A stretch of 64,000 bases of DNA from Promethearchaeota archaeon (GTDB lineage: Archaea > Asgardarchaeota > Lokiarchaeia > Sigyniarchaeales > SOKP01). This document shows, piece after piece, positions 1-9,128 of this stretch (positions within the stretch are counted from its first letter, which is position 1; every line of letters begins with the position of its first letter). Position numbers and translations under genes: made by a program. Below the pieces are notes generated by a model. It was not told the origin of the DNA. It ran no database searches and saw nothing but the letters and a program-made list of their open reading frames with translations. The stretch spans positions 64,001-128,000 of the forward strand of contig JBHLNS010000004.1 in NCBI GenBank assembly GCA_048941285.1, given 5' to 3'.

Positions 1-35
1 AGAATTGGTATATAAAAATAAGAAATTTAAATTAG

Positions 36-920
36 TTAACTTCCAACTAATTCTCCTATAGCAGTAAGGATAACTTTTCCACCAACAGAGACACTAATAT
101 CTTTTTCATCACTTTCTTCTGCTCTTAAGTGAAGCAATGAAGGTCTTCCTACTTCATATCCCTGTTCAACTCTAATGTCTATACGCTTTTTGATAAAATA
201 TTGATGTTTTACTAAATACGCAGCTAAACAACCATTCCCGCTTCCTGTAGCAGGATCTTCGGGAATGCCATGATAATGTGCGAATACTCGGACACTTAGA
301 TCATTTCCCTTATTACGTGTTTCTGGGCAAAAAATTAAAATCGATTTCGCTTCAATTTTTTCCATCAGTTCAAAACATTTATCTATATTTACTTTTGCTC
401 GTTTTAGGGCATCTAATGTTTTTAATGGCACAATAATAAAAGGACCTCCAGTAGATACCTCTTGAATTGGAAATCTATTATCAATATCATATTCCTCTAA
501 ATTCAGAATCTCAGAAATTGTTTCTGTATCAAAAAATCTGCCAAAAGTGGGAGGATTCTGTTCCATCCAAATTAAGTCAGGCTTTCCAGATTTATATTTA
601 AATAAAACAGGAATTGGTCCAATTTTGAGATTAAGAAGAATTGTTTTAACATTACCCTTAATTAATTCTTGTTGAATTACATAAGCTGTCCCTATTGTAG
701 GATGTCCCGCAAAGGGTAATTCTACTTCTGGGGTAAAAATACGAATATCGTAATTTTCTTTGGATGTAATAAAAGTAGTCTCCGAATAGTTCATCTCTTT
801 TGCTATTTTTTGCATTTCAGCTTCGAAAAGTATCTCTTCACAAATAAATACAGCTAGTTGGTTTCCTTCAAATTTTCTTTCAGCAAACACATCTAATATA
901 TAAAACTTACACTTTGGCAT
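36..920 (-). CDS. PhzF-family epimerase/isomerase (DAP-epimerase fold)
   Basis: Motifs DVFAE..FEGNQLAV, NYSETTF, RIFTPEVELPFAGHPT, EDPATGSGNG; GAGAGG motif upstream of the ATG. Confidence 0.93.
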   Translation of the reverse strand: MPKCKFYILDVFAERKFEGNQLAVFICEEILFEAEMQKIAKEMNYSETTFITSKENYDIRIFTPEVELPFAGHPTIGTAYVIQQELIKGNVKTILLNLKIGPIPVLFKYKSGKPDLIWMEQNPPTFGRFFDTETISEILNLEEYDIDNRFPIQEVSTGGPFIIVPLKTLDALKRAKVNIDKCFELMEKIEAKSILIFCPETRNKGNDLSVRVFAHYHGIPEDPATGSGNGCLAAYLVKHQYFIKKRIDIRVEQGYEVGRPSLLHLRAEESDEKDISVSVGGKVILTAIGELVGS

Positions 921-1093
921 GAATTAACCTCTCTATTTATTTAACCTCAACAATAATATTATATTCAATATAAAAACTGAATTGTTTTTAATATGTATTT
1001 ATTTTGGTTTTTCTTTAATATTCAATATTTTTATTTCTATTAAAATTTATAATTATATTTTTTATTAAAAAAATTCAATTATACAGATATAAA

Positions 1094-1549
1094 ATGAAAA
1101 TTAAAGATTCTGAAAAAATTGGTAGAATATTTTTCGAAGAGTTATGGAGTAAACCAGATCTTAATATAGCAGATGAAATAATTGATCCAGAATACAAACC
1201 AAGTTGGATTCAGATAGATAAAATTGGTCCTGCCCAGATAAAGCATGAAATCCAACACTTTCGATCCCTTTTTCCAGATTTAAAATATGAGATTGTTGAG
1301 ATAAAGGGAGAAGAAGATAAGGTTTGGATTCGATATAAAGGGCATGGAACGCACCTTGGAAAAGGATGGGGTTTCGATCCTACAGGGAAAGAAGTAACCT
1401 TTGAAGGAGCAACAATTTTATATATAAATTCAGAAGGTAAGATTATTGATCAATGGGGTGCGTTTTGCTTTTATGATATTTTTTATGAACTCGGAGTGGT
1501 ACCCCCCTTTTGGCAATTATCTCAATATATTTCAGGTATGAAAAAGTAG
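1094..1549 (+). CDS. SnoaL-like ester/polyketide cyclase (NTF2 fold)
   Basis: FPDLKYEI..I.GEEDKV..RY..GTH.G.....PTGKEVTFEG..I...GKI pattern typical of SnoaL-like proteins. Confidence 0.85.
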   Translation: MKIKDSEKIGRIFFEELWSKPDLNIADEIIDPEYKPSWIQIDKIGPAQIKHEIQHFRSLFPDLKYEIVEIKGEEDKVWIRYKGHGTHLGKGWGFDPTGKEVTFEGATILYINSEGKIIDQWGAFCFYDIFYELGVVPPFWQLSQYISGMKK

Positions 1550-1558
1550 ATTTATTTC

Positions 1559-2425
1559 TTATTTTTTTGCAGGAGAAGCATAACAATAATGACAATTATG
1601 CTTACACCGAAAAATTCCAGTATAACCTCCAATATCTTTCGATTTAGAGCATCCACAATCTTTTCTCTGACCTATATCCTTTATTTTAGGTATTTGTTCA
1701 CCCACAATCTTCTCAATTTTATAAGCATCGATACAGTGTGCTTGATCAATTCCTTCTATATTATGTAAGTCTGGTTGGCAACACGCCTTCATTTTAATAT
1801 TATTCTGGGCACAAATATCTATCATGTTATTTAGAATCTCTATTTTCTTTTGAAAAGGGGGATCGATTGGAGTATATCCCCTAGCATTCATACGATTCTT
1901 CACTTTTTCATAAATTGTTGCAAAAGAAAAAATCATTTCTGTCAACCCTAGTTTCGAAACGTTCTCAATGATATATTCAAATTTATCTAAATTACTTTTT
2001 ATTGTATTAGAACCATGCTTTTTATAGACAATTATTGGATCAAACCTGAAATTAACTGCTAGTAAACCAAATTCATTGATTAACCATTCTAATTGCTTAA
2101 ACCTCTGTTCTAAAGAAATTTTCACATTATTTTCTAATTCTGAGGGGGAATTAATTGTGAATTGGAAGGAGTGCCCTTTATACTTTTTAAATAGATTTTC
2201 ATTTTCGTTAAATTTTTTGATCCAATCTTCAAAATTTTTAGACCACCACACCCAACATTTAACATCCTCCGATTTTAAAGAAATTCGAGATACTTGTTTC
2301 TTATTAAAAGGATTCGCTACATCTACATATCCAATTTTTATATTATGAATAACCCAATCCATTAAAAAAGCAGGTATATCCGTCCTCCGACTACAAGATA
2401 TAATAGGAAATTTTATTTCTCTCAT
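1559..2425 (-). CDS. DUF1848 family protein (C-terminal CxxxCxxC Fe-S motif)
   Basis: N-terminal IISCSRRTDIPAF, WSKN, RFDPI, and C-terminal GQRKDCGC...DIG.Y...CKHNCHYCYA. Confidence 0.88.
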   Translation of the reverse strand: MREIKFPIISCSRRTDIPAFLMDWVIHNIKIGYVDVANPFNKKQVSRISLKSEDVKCWVWWSKNFEDWIKKFNENENLFKKYKGHSFQFTINSPSELENNVKISLEQRFKQLEWLINEFGLLAVNFRFDPIIVYKKHGSNTIKSNLDKFEYIIENVSKLGLTEMIFSFATIYEKVKNRMNARGYTPIDPPFQKKIEILNNMIDICAQNNIKMKACCQPDLHNIEGIDQAHCIDAYKIEKIVGEQIPKIKDIGQRKDCGCSKSKDIGGYTGIFRCKHNCHYCYASPAKK

Positions 2426-2554
2426 TTATCAGATCAATTTTTTTATAAATCCTTTTCCTTCACAATTCTTTTAGAACTTATCAAAAAAACTTCTTTAATG
2501 ATCAAATAAGCATCTAAATAATTTCAAATTTAATTTTTAAGGATTGCAAGATTC

Positions 2555-3583
2555 TTGATATTTATGATTCCTTCAATTGAATGGGTTGATAATAAAGTAA
2601 AGATGATTGATCAAACGCTCCTTCCCCATAAACTTGAATTTCTCGATTTTGAGGATTTTAGAGATGTTGCTAAATCTATAAAGGTTATGAACATCCGTGG
2701 GGCCCCAGCAATCGGTGTAGCTGCGGCAATGGGAATGGCCTTAGCTACGATTGAATTTAAAAATCTTCCAAAATCTGAGTTTCTTAATAAAATGGAAGAA
2801 GTTGCTAATATAATTAAGAGCACTCGACCAACGGCTTCAAATCTTTTTTGGGCAGTGAATAGAATGTGGAAAATTATCAGTTCATATCCCGATAATCCGT
2901 CAAATATCTCAGAATTAGTTATCGAAGAAGCTAAATTAATGGCTCAAGAAGATATTAATGTTAATAAAAATATTGGCAAGAATGGAGCTAAATTATTAGA
3001 AAATGGGGATGTAGTTTTAACACATTGTAATGCCGGATCACTTGCAACAGTACAATATGGAACTGCTTTAGCACCTGTTAGAGCTGCAATTGAGGATGGA
3101 AAGAAAATTAGTGTTATTGCTGATGAAACTCGACCAAGATTGCAAGGGGCCAGATTAACTGCATATGAATTGCAATACGATAAAATTCCAGTAAAAGTTA
3201 TTTCTGATACTTCTTCTGGATTAATAATGAGACTTAAAAAAATAAATAAGGTCATTGTTGGAACTGATAGAGTTACTTCTGATGCAGTTTTTAATAAAAT
3301 TGGAACTTATTTAGTGGCATTAGCTGCAAAAGATAATAATATCCCTTTTTATGTAGCAGCTCCGACTTCTACATTATCTCTTCATGAGACTGTAGAAGAT
3401 GTAACAATTGAACAACGAGATAGCACAGAAGTAAGCAATGTATTAGGTAAAGTCCAAATTGTTCCAGATGGTGTTGAATGTTTAAATTATGCATTTGATA
3501 TCACTCCGTTTAGATTGGTAACAGAGATAATCACTGAAGATGGAGTCTTTACACCAGAGGAGCTTTTAAAAAAGTATAAATAA
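2555..3583 (+). CDS. mtnA: S-methyl-5-thioribose-1-phosphate isomerase (MtnA / eIF2B-like family)
   Basis: DQTLLP, IRGAPAIG, RPTASNL, LTHCNAGSLAT, ETRPRLQGARLT, NKIGTY, FDITP; true start probably ATG at 2564. Confidence 0.9.
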   Translation: MIFMIPSIEWVDNKVKMIDQTLLPHKLEFLDFEDFRDVAKSIKVMNIRGAPAIGVAAAMGMALATIEFKNLPKSEFLNKMEEVANIIKSTRPTASNLFWAVNRMWKIISSYPDNPSNISELVIEEAKLMAQEDINVNKNIGKNGAKLLENGDVVLTHCNAGSLATVQYGTALAPVRAAIEDGKKISVIADETRPRLQGARLTAYELQYDKIPVKVISDTSSGLIMRLKKINKVIVGTDRVTSDAVFNKIGTYLVALAAKDNNIPFYVAAPTSTLSLHETVEDVTIEQRDSTEVSNVLGKVQIVPDGVECLNYAFDITPFRLVTEIITEDGVFTPEELLKKYK

Positions 3584-3627
3584 TCATTTTAAATTATTTT
3601 TTATACAAGTTTTTTGAGTTTATTATT

Positions 3628-3846
3628 ATGGAACGGAAAAAATATCTTCAAGTAGGTTTGCTTTTTACTGTATTAACAGTCTTATGTTTAGTAATCTTCA
3701 TTATCATTTCTGCTGTGGTTAATTCTGGAAGTCAACTATTCTTATCTGTTATCGAGATAATTAATATAATCTTAATAATACTGTCTATTATTAGTGGAAT
3801 CCTTGCATGTATACTGATAGCTCTATTTTTTATCAAGAAACTCTAA
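3628..3846 (+). CDS. Small two-TM membrane protein, unknown function
   Basis: 72-aa ORF filling the gap between genes, two long hydrophobic stretches. Confidence 0.6.
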   Translation: MERKKYLQVGLLFTVLTVLCLVIFIIISAVVNSGSQLFLSVIEIINIILIILSIISGILACILIALFFIKKL

Positions 3847-3868
3847 TAATGCTGATTAATTTCATTTT

Positions 3869-4864
3869 TTAAGAATGAACATTAAAATATTCTCTTAAAA
3901 TTTTTTTGAGTTCGATCAGGTTGTTAGCTGTACTCAGATTATTTCTAATTTTTGCGGATTTATTAATATTTTTTGATAACCATATCGCATTTCTTTTTAT
4001 TTCGACGAATTTAATTACTTCATTACCTAAGGGATGTGAAATTCCATCAAGGAACTCATCAATACTGTTTTCAAATAATAAGATATATTTTTCCATGATT
4101 TCTTTACTGTTTTTGAAGGAAATTAGCCTATTATTTACTAAATATTCATGAATTTGATTAAAAATTTCTGGATTTCCCATCGATTCTCTTCCAATCATGA
4201 ATGCATCAACATTTGTATAATCAATAAAACGTTTTGCAGTAACGGGATTGATAATATCACCATTCCCAACTACAGGCACCATTAATCTTTCCTTAAGCTT
4301 CTTTACAGTATCCAAATCTAATGTTCCATCATTATATTTACTTAAAACAGTCCTAGCATGTACAATTAATAAATCAATACCAGTATCATTAACAATGTTT
4401 ATCATTCTTTTAATATTAACAGGTTGTTCAAATCCTGTTCTAATTTTTAGGGAAACGGGATTTGAAGAGTATTTTACAGCAGTTTCTAATAAAACACTTA
4501 ATTTATCTAAATCATTCATCAAATATCCTCCTTCTTTTGCTCTAATAGCCCTTTTTGATGGACATCCCGCATTTAAATCAAGAATATCAAATTTATAACT
4601 ATCAAGATAATCTATAGTTTTTTTAAGTGCTTCAGGATCAGAACCGATTATTTGAATCCCAATAGGTCTTTCCTCTTCAATTTTTAATAAATCTTTTTCA
4701 ATCGATCTATGATTTTTCTCAATTTTTTTAGCATAAAGCATAGGAACATAAACCAAACCAATTCTTTGAAGTTTTCTACAAAATCTTCTATAAGGAGCTG
4801 TTGTGACATTCAACATAGGCGCTAATATATATCTATTTTCTAAATTAAGTTTTCCGAGCTTCAT
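3869..4864 (-). CDS. dus: tRNA-dihydrouridine synthase (Dus family)
   Basis: LAPM, DLNAGCP (catalytic Cys), VSLKIRTG, VHART, GNGDI, MIGR...GNP. Confidence 0.92.
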   Translation of the reverse strand: MKLGKLNLENRYILAPMLNVTTAPYRRFCRKLQRIGLVYVPMLYAKKIEKNHRSIEKDLLKIEEERPIGIQIIGSDPEALKKTIDYLDSYKFDILDLNAGCPSKRAIRAKEGGYLMNDLDKLSVLLETAVKYSSNPVSLKIRTGFEQPVNIKRMINIVNDTGIDLLIVHARTVLSKYNDGTLDLDTVKKLKERLMVPVVGNGDIINPVTAKRFIDYTNVDAFMIGRESMGNPEIFNQIHEYLVNNRLISFKNSKEIMEKYILLFENSIDEFLDGISHPLGNEVIKFVEIKRNAIWLSKNINKSAKIRNNLSTANNLIELKKILREYFNVHS

Positions 4865-4954
4865 AATTTGAATTCTTTTCTCTCGAAATTAACTTACAAG
4901 CTATAATGATGAACTTTTTTATTAAATGAAATTTACTATACTTAAATAAATCTA

Positions 4955-5485
4955 TTGAGTCTACTAATTAAAATGTCAACTTTCCTCAAAGAATTTAAGT
5001 TTGAAAAATCACCGCGTAAAATAACATATATTGAAGAAGAACCTTTAAAATTAAGTAATGAATTTGTTTTTTTCCATAATAAAAGTAAATTTAGAAATGA
5101 AATAACTCGTCTCCAGTATTTAATTAAATCATATACCAAAATTGCTTTACAAGCTGCAGGTATAAGAGATTCTTATTTAAAAAAGGAATATTTTGACAAC
5201 TTTCTTATTGTATTATTTACTACACAAGAGATCGTTAAAAAGACTAATGAAATCATTGAAGAGTTTTCTGAAAAAGAATTAAATCCAGGATGTTATAGTC
5301 TTAAGGTAACTTCAGATTTTATGCTATTAATCTCAAGAGATATGGAAGGTTTAACTTTTGGTATTAATGCTATGGAAGTAATTCTAAGGCAAGTTTTGGA
5401 TGATTATCTGAATCAAAATAGATTTGATGATTATATTAAAATATGTCCTTTTATATTACTAAATTGTAGAAGTTCTTCAGTTTAA
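4955..5485 (+). CDS. Stand-alone glycoside hydrolase family 20 'domain 2'-like protein (no catalytic barrel)
   Basis: SPRKITY..E.LKL near the N-terminus and GCYSLKVTSD.MLLISRDMEGLTFGINAM..ILRQ resemble the hexosaminidase domain-2 pattern; start probably ATG 4973. Confidence 0.6.
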   Translation: MSLLIKMSTFLKEFKFEKSPRKITYIEEEPLKLSNEFVFFHNKSKFRNEITRLQYLIKSYTKIALQAAGIRDSYLKKEYFDNFLIVLFTTQEIVKKTNEIIEEFSEKELNPGCYSLKVTSDFMLLISRDMEGLTFGINAMEVILRQVLDDYLNQNRFDDYIKICPFILLNCRSSSV

Positions 5486-5529
5486 AATATATAGAAAATA
5501 ATGAATATGGATTAGTACGTAGTTTGGCT

Positions 5530-7263
5530 TTAAAAAACCGATGAAATTTGCTTAAAGCTCCAAGGTTTTTGTTTCTCTAACCTATAAGCCTTCTCAGCAT
5601 ACTCAAGACACATTCTGTGAGTATTGAAATATGCAGCTAGGGAAATAGCGCACTGCATTTTATAAAGCCATTCGTCATGATTCATGTATGTTGGGATAAC
5701 CTGATTTTCTAAAATTTCATAAATTGCATTTGAATCAATATCCCAATCATTTGACACTCCAGGATCATCTGGATTTGAATCATCAGGACCAATAGCCCAT
5801 CCTGCTAAGGAATTCTTTTTATAACCCTCTAGCCACCAACCATCTTGAACAGATAAATTTAATACCCCGTTAAGAGCGGCTTTCATACCACTTGTACCGC
5901 TTGCTTCACGATACCTATTAGGTGTATTAAGCCAAATATCAACACCTGATACAAGTAAATGGGAAAGATCCATGTTATAATTCTCCATCATTACAACTTT
6001 CACACCGTAATTTTCATACAAATATTCTCCAGATTGGTGTATTTTTTTAATGTAATCTTTTCCCATCTCATCCTTTGGATGTGCTTTCCCTGCAAATATG
6101 AATTGAACATGATCTTTTGCTATTTTACCCAATCTATCAATATCATGAAAGATTAGTACAGCTCTCTTATATGTTGCGAATCGCCTGGCAAAACCAATAG
6201 TAATGAGTTCTTCATCCAACAAATTCCAAGAATGTCCCTTCTGATATGATATTAAATTAAATTTATTTTCAATATGAGCATCAAAAAGCTCAAGAGGATC
6301 CAATTCTATAGCATTCTCTAGAACTGAAGGGTTTGCTCTCCAATTTGGCCATTTTCGACCAAACATCTTTCGGAAAGGTTTGGAAACCCAGAAAGGTAAG
6401 TGCACTCCATTAGTAATATAATCAATTTCATATTGAGGGAACATTTTTCGAGAAATATCTCCATGTTTTCGTGCCACAGCATTTCTATATCGTGATAAAG
6501 CCATACCTAAAAATGTCATATTAAATTCTCCATTATCATCAGCGAGTTTTCGGATTTCTTTAGGCATTCTATTTTCAAATACTTTATCAACTAAATCTTG
6601 TTTGAAGCGATCATGTCCCGCTGGTACAGGAGTATGGGTTGTAAATGCAACTTTTTGTTTTACTTTATCAATGCTTCCTAATTCATTAAATAACTCTAGA
6701 GTTGCAAAAGAACCATGACCCTCATTAAGATGGTAAGTTTCTATATTATTATAACCCAGTGATTTTAGAAGTTTAACCCCACCAATCCCTAAAATCATCT
6801 CTTGGACTATTCTATTCCAGCGACTAGTACTATCATACAAAGAACCTGTCATTTTTTTCATCCAATCTTCATTTCCTTCCACATCAGTAGTTAAAAGGTA
6901 AATTGGAAGTACATGACCAGATTGTCCTATTACTCGATATAACCAAGCACTCACATGAACATCTTTGTCTTCTATTTTCAAAGAGATTGGTTTTTCAACC
7001 TTCTCAAATTCATAATAAAAATTCCAGGCGATCTCTTTTTCTTTTTGTTCTCCAAATTCATTAAAAAATTGAAAAAAATACCCAGAACTGTAACATAAAC
7101 AAATACCTACCATTGGAATTTCCAAATCTGCAGCTGAACGTACTGTGTCTCCTGATAATACACCTAAACCTCCGCTATATGTAGGAATATTTGAATCAAC
7201 AGCTATTTCCATGGAAATGTATGCTACACGTGTATCTGACTTCAAATTATCATCAATTTCCAT
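5530..7263 (-). CDS. glgP: Alpha-glucan (glycogen/maltodextrin) phosphorylase
   Basis: YSGGLGVLSGD, HLNEGH, FTTHTPVPAGHD, ITNGVH, ARRFATYKR, PLP-lysine motif EASGTSGMKA. Confidence 0.96.
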   Translation of the reverse strand: MEIDDNLKSDTRVAYISMEIAVDSNIPTYSGGLGVLSGDTVRSAADLEIPMVGICLCYSSGYFFQFFNEFGEQKEKEIAWNFYYEFEKVEKPISLKIEDKDVHVSAWLYRVIGQSGHVLPIYLLTTDVEGNEDWMKKMTGSLYDSTSRWNRIVQEMILGIGGVKLLKSLGYNNIETYHLNEGHGSFATLELFNELGSIDKVKQKVAFTTHTPVPAGHDRFKQDLVDKVFENRMPKEIRKLADDNGEFNMTFLGMALSRYRNAVARKHGDISRKMFPQYEIDYITNGVHLPFWVSKPFRKMFGRKWPNWRANPSVLENAIELDPLELFDAHIENKFNLISYQKGHSWNLLDEELITIGFARRFATYKRAVLIFHDIDRLGKIAKDHVQFIFAGKAHPKDEMGKDYIKKIHQSGEYLYENYGVKVVMMENYNMDLSHLLVSGVDIWLNTPNRYREASGTSGMKAALNGVLNLSVQDGWWLEGYKKNSLAGWAIGPDDSNPDDPGVSNDWDIDSNAIYEILENQVIPTYMNHDEWLYKMQCAISLAAYFNTHRMCLEYAEKAYRLEKQKPWSFKQISSVF

Positions 7264-7466
7264 TTTTCTTCACATCTTCCACAATTTCTAGCTAAAATTA
7301 GTGATATTTTTGATTTTTATATAATACTTGTAAAACTCATAATTTAAAATCTTATCCTAATAAAAATTTAAACCCATATAACAATAATAAGAAAATTACT
7401 TTTTTTAAAATTTAAGTATAGAAAATAAAAAAAAATTAATTTAATGATAAAAATCAATTTGAATTT

Positions 7467-7601
7467 TTATCTCTCTTCTTGGATTTGCTCTAAAGTTTTA
7501 CATTTTGTTTCATAAGGTTTCAGAAATAATATGAATAGAGGAATTAATAATAATATTCCTGGAATAACCCAAAACATAACCCAATCTAATGTTGCTAGCA
7601 T
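7467..7601 (-). pseudogene. Relic 3' end of an MFS (sugar-porter-like) transporter gene, or a 44-aa single-TM microprotein
   Basis: Not in the ORF track. Translates MLATLDWVMFWVIPGILLLIPLFILFLKPYETKCKTLEQIQEER*, preceded in frame by SPLIAAA. The tail resembles the MFS PETKGKTLEEI motif. Confidence 0.6.
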
Positions 7602-7747
7602 TGCTGCCGCTATTAAAGGACTTTCGACATGTATTGTATCAGGTTATATTTCTTTATAAAACTATAACTAAATCATTGATCTAGAGTATATAGCTAAAAT
7701 TTTTGATTTATACAAAATGAAAAAGTAATTAGAAAAATAATTGGGAT

Positions 7748-8407
7748 TTAGATTATTAGGGGCGAGCCACCTTCTTCTAATATTTCAACTTTTATACTAG
7801 GGTCTTTCTTTGTTAAAAGTTCTTTAAATTTAGTTAGATCTTTTCCCCAATTATGCATGGGGATCGCTATTTTGGGTTTTACATCAACAATCGAATCAGT
7901 AGCTTCATCAAAGTCCATTGTATAGGTACCGCCACATGGCATCATAGCCACAGTTATATTTCGACTGGCTAAATCTTTCATTTCAGGAATTCGTTCTGTA
8001 TCTCCAGCATGATATACCCTCTTGTCTTCCGATGTTACTATAATTCCTGCCCATTCATTTTTCTTGGGATGGTTTGGTTTTTTAATATTGTATGCTGGCA
8101 CTAGCTCGATTGAGAGGTCTTTATAATCAAAAGAATCTCCTAATTTTAAAGGTGTTCCGTTAAATTTTTGCAAGCTGCTGAAGATACTCTCAGGGCCTAT
8201 TACAACTGTATCGTCCTTCATAAGTTTTCGTATACTATCTGAGTCAAAATGATCCCCATGAGAATGTGTTGAAACAATAATATCTGCTTTTTCTTCTCCT
8301 TTTTTGATTTGATAAGGATCAAGATAAATGATTCTTCCACTATGTGTCTTTACTTTAAAGGCAGCATGGCCAAGCCACGTAATTTCCATTTGCGTTATCA
8401 GTTTCAC
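7748..8407 (-). CDS. MBL-fold metal-dependent hydrolase (UPF0173-like)
   Basis: ITWLGHAAF, DPY, THSHGDH, YHAGDT, GGTYTM, IPMHNW; GAGGTG overlaps the listed GTG start, so ATG at 8389 is more likely. Confidence 0.9.
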   Translation of the reverse strand: MKLITQMEITWLGHAAFKVKTHSGRIIYLDPYQIKKGEEKADIIVSTHSHGDHFDSDSIRKLMKDDTVVIGPESIFSSLQKFNGTPLKLGDSFDYKDLSIELVPAYNIKKPNHPKKNEWAGIIVTSEDKRVYHAGDTERIPEMKDLASRNITVAMMPCGGTYTMDFDEATDSIVDVKPKIAIPMHNWGKDLTKFKELLTKKDPSIKVEILEEGGSPLII

Positions 8408-8523
8408 CTCTTAATTAATTTGTAAATGAAGTTATAATTTATTATAATGATATCTTCCCTTAAAATAATAATGTAATAATTAGAAAATGTAATAAAAACA
8501 AGTATGAATTTTATGAAAGGAAT

Positions 8524-8886
8524 TTAGTCTTCTTCTTCAAATTTCCATTCTGGGTCTTCAAGAGGAATTTTTTTAGTGATTCCGTAATTATCTTCCTTGG
8601 TTATATCAAGTTCTTTGGATCTTTCTAAGAACAATTCATTTCTAAAATTAGGGATTTCATTAATAAAACTTGGTTTTGATATAATTGTAGGAGGACTTGG
8701 ATTGCGTTTTTTAATGGTTATTTCATCTAATATTTTTTTTTCAAGATTTATATTCTTTCTAGATAGAGAATTATTAGCTGTTGGAAATGTTAAATTTTTT
8801 AATTTTATGCCATTTAATGGTGCTGTGGACTTTAAAATCCGGCAAGTTGGGCAATTAATTTCATCTAATCCATGGATACAAGGCAT
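8524..8886 (-). CDS. Hypothetical protein with N-terminal CxH-x6-CxxC putative zinc site
   Basis: MPCIHGLDEINCPTC at the extreme N-terminus; the rest is low-complexity. Confidence 0.65.
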   Translation of the reverse strand: MPCIHGLDEINCPTCRILKSTAPLNGIKLKNLTFPTANNSLSRKNINLEKKILDEITIKKRNPSPPTIISKPSFINEIPNFRNELFLERSKELDITKEDNYGITKKIPLEDPEWKFEEED

Positions 8887-9128
8887 ATTTTTCCAACTAT
8901 AAATTATTCAAGTCTTTGGTATTTCGAATTAATATTATCTTTTAATGTTTTTTATTATAATTTCTTAATATTTGTAACTACTCTTTAGAATTGAATCGAG
9001 ATTACGGATATCTTTATTAATCATTGTTATTTTTTATAAACTTTATAAATTTAAGCTAATTTTACCTAGTATCTTTAAGTAAATATTTTTTATATTATCC
9101 AATAAGAACAATCTAGATGTGAAAAAGA

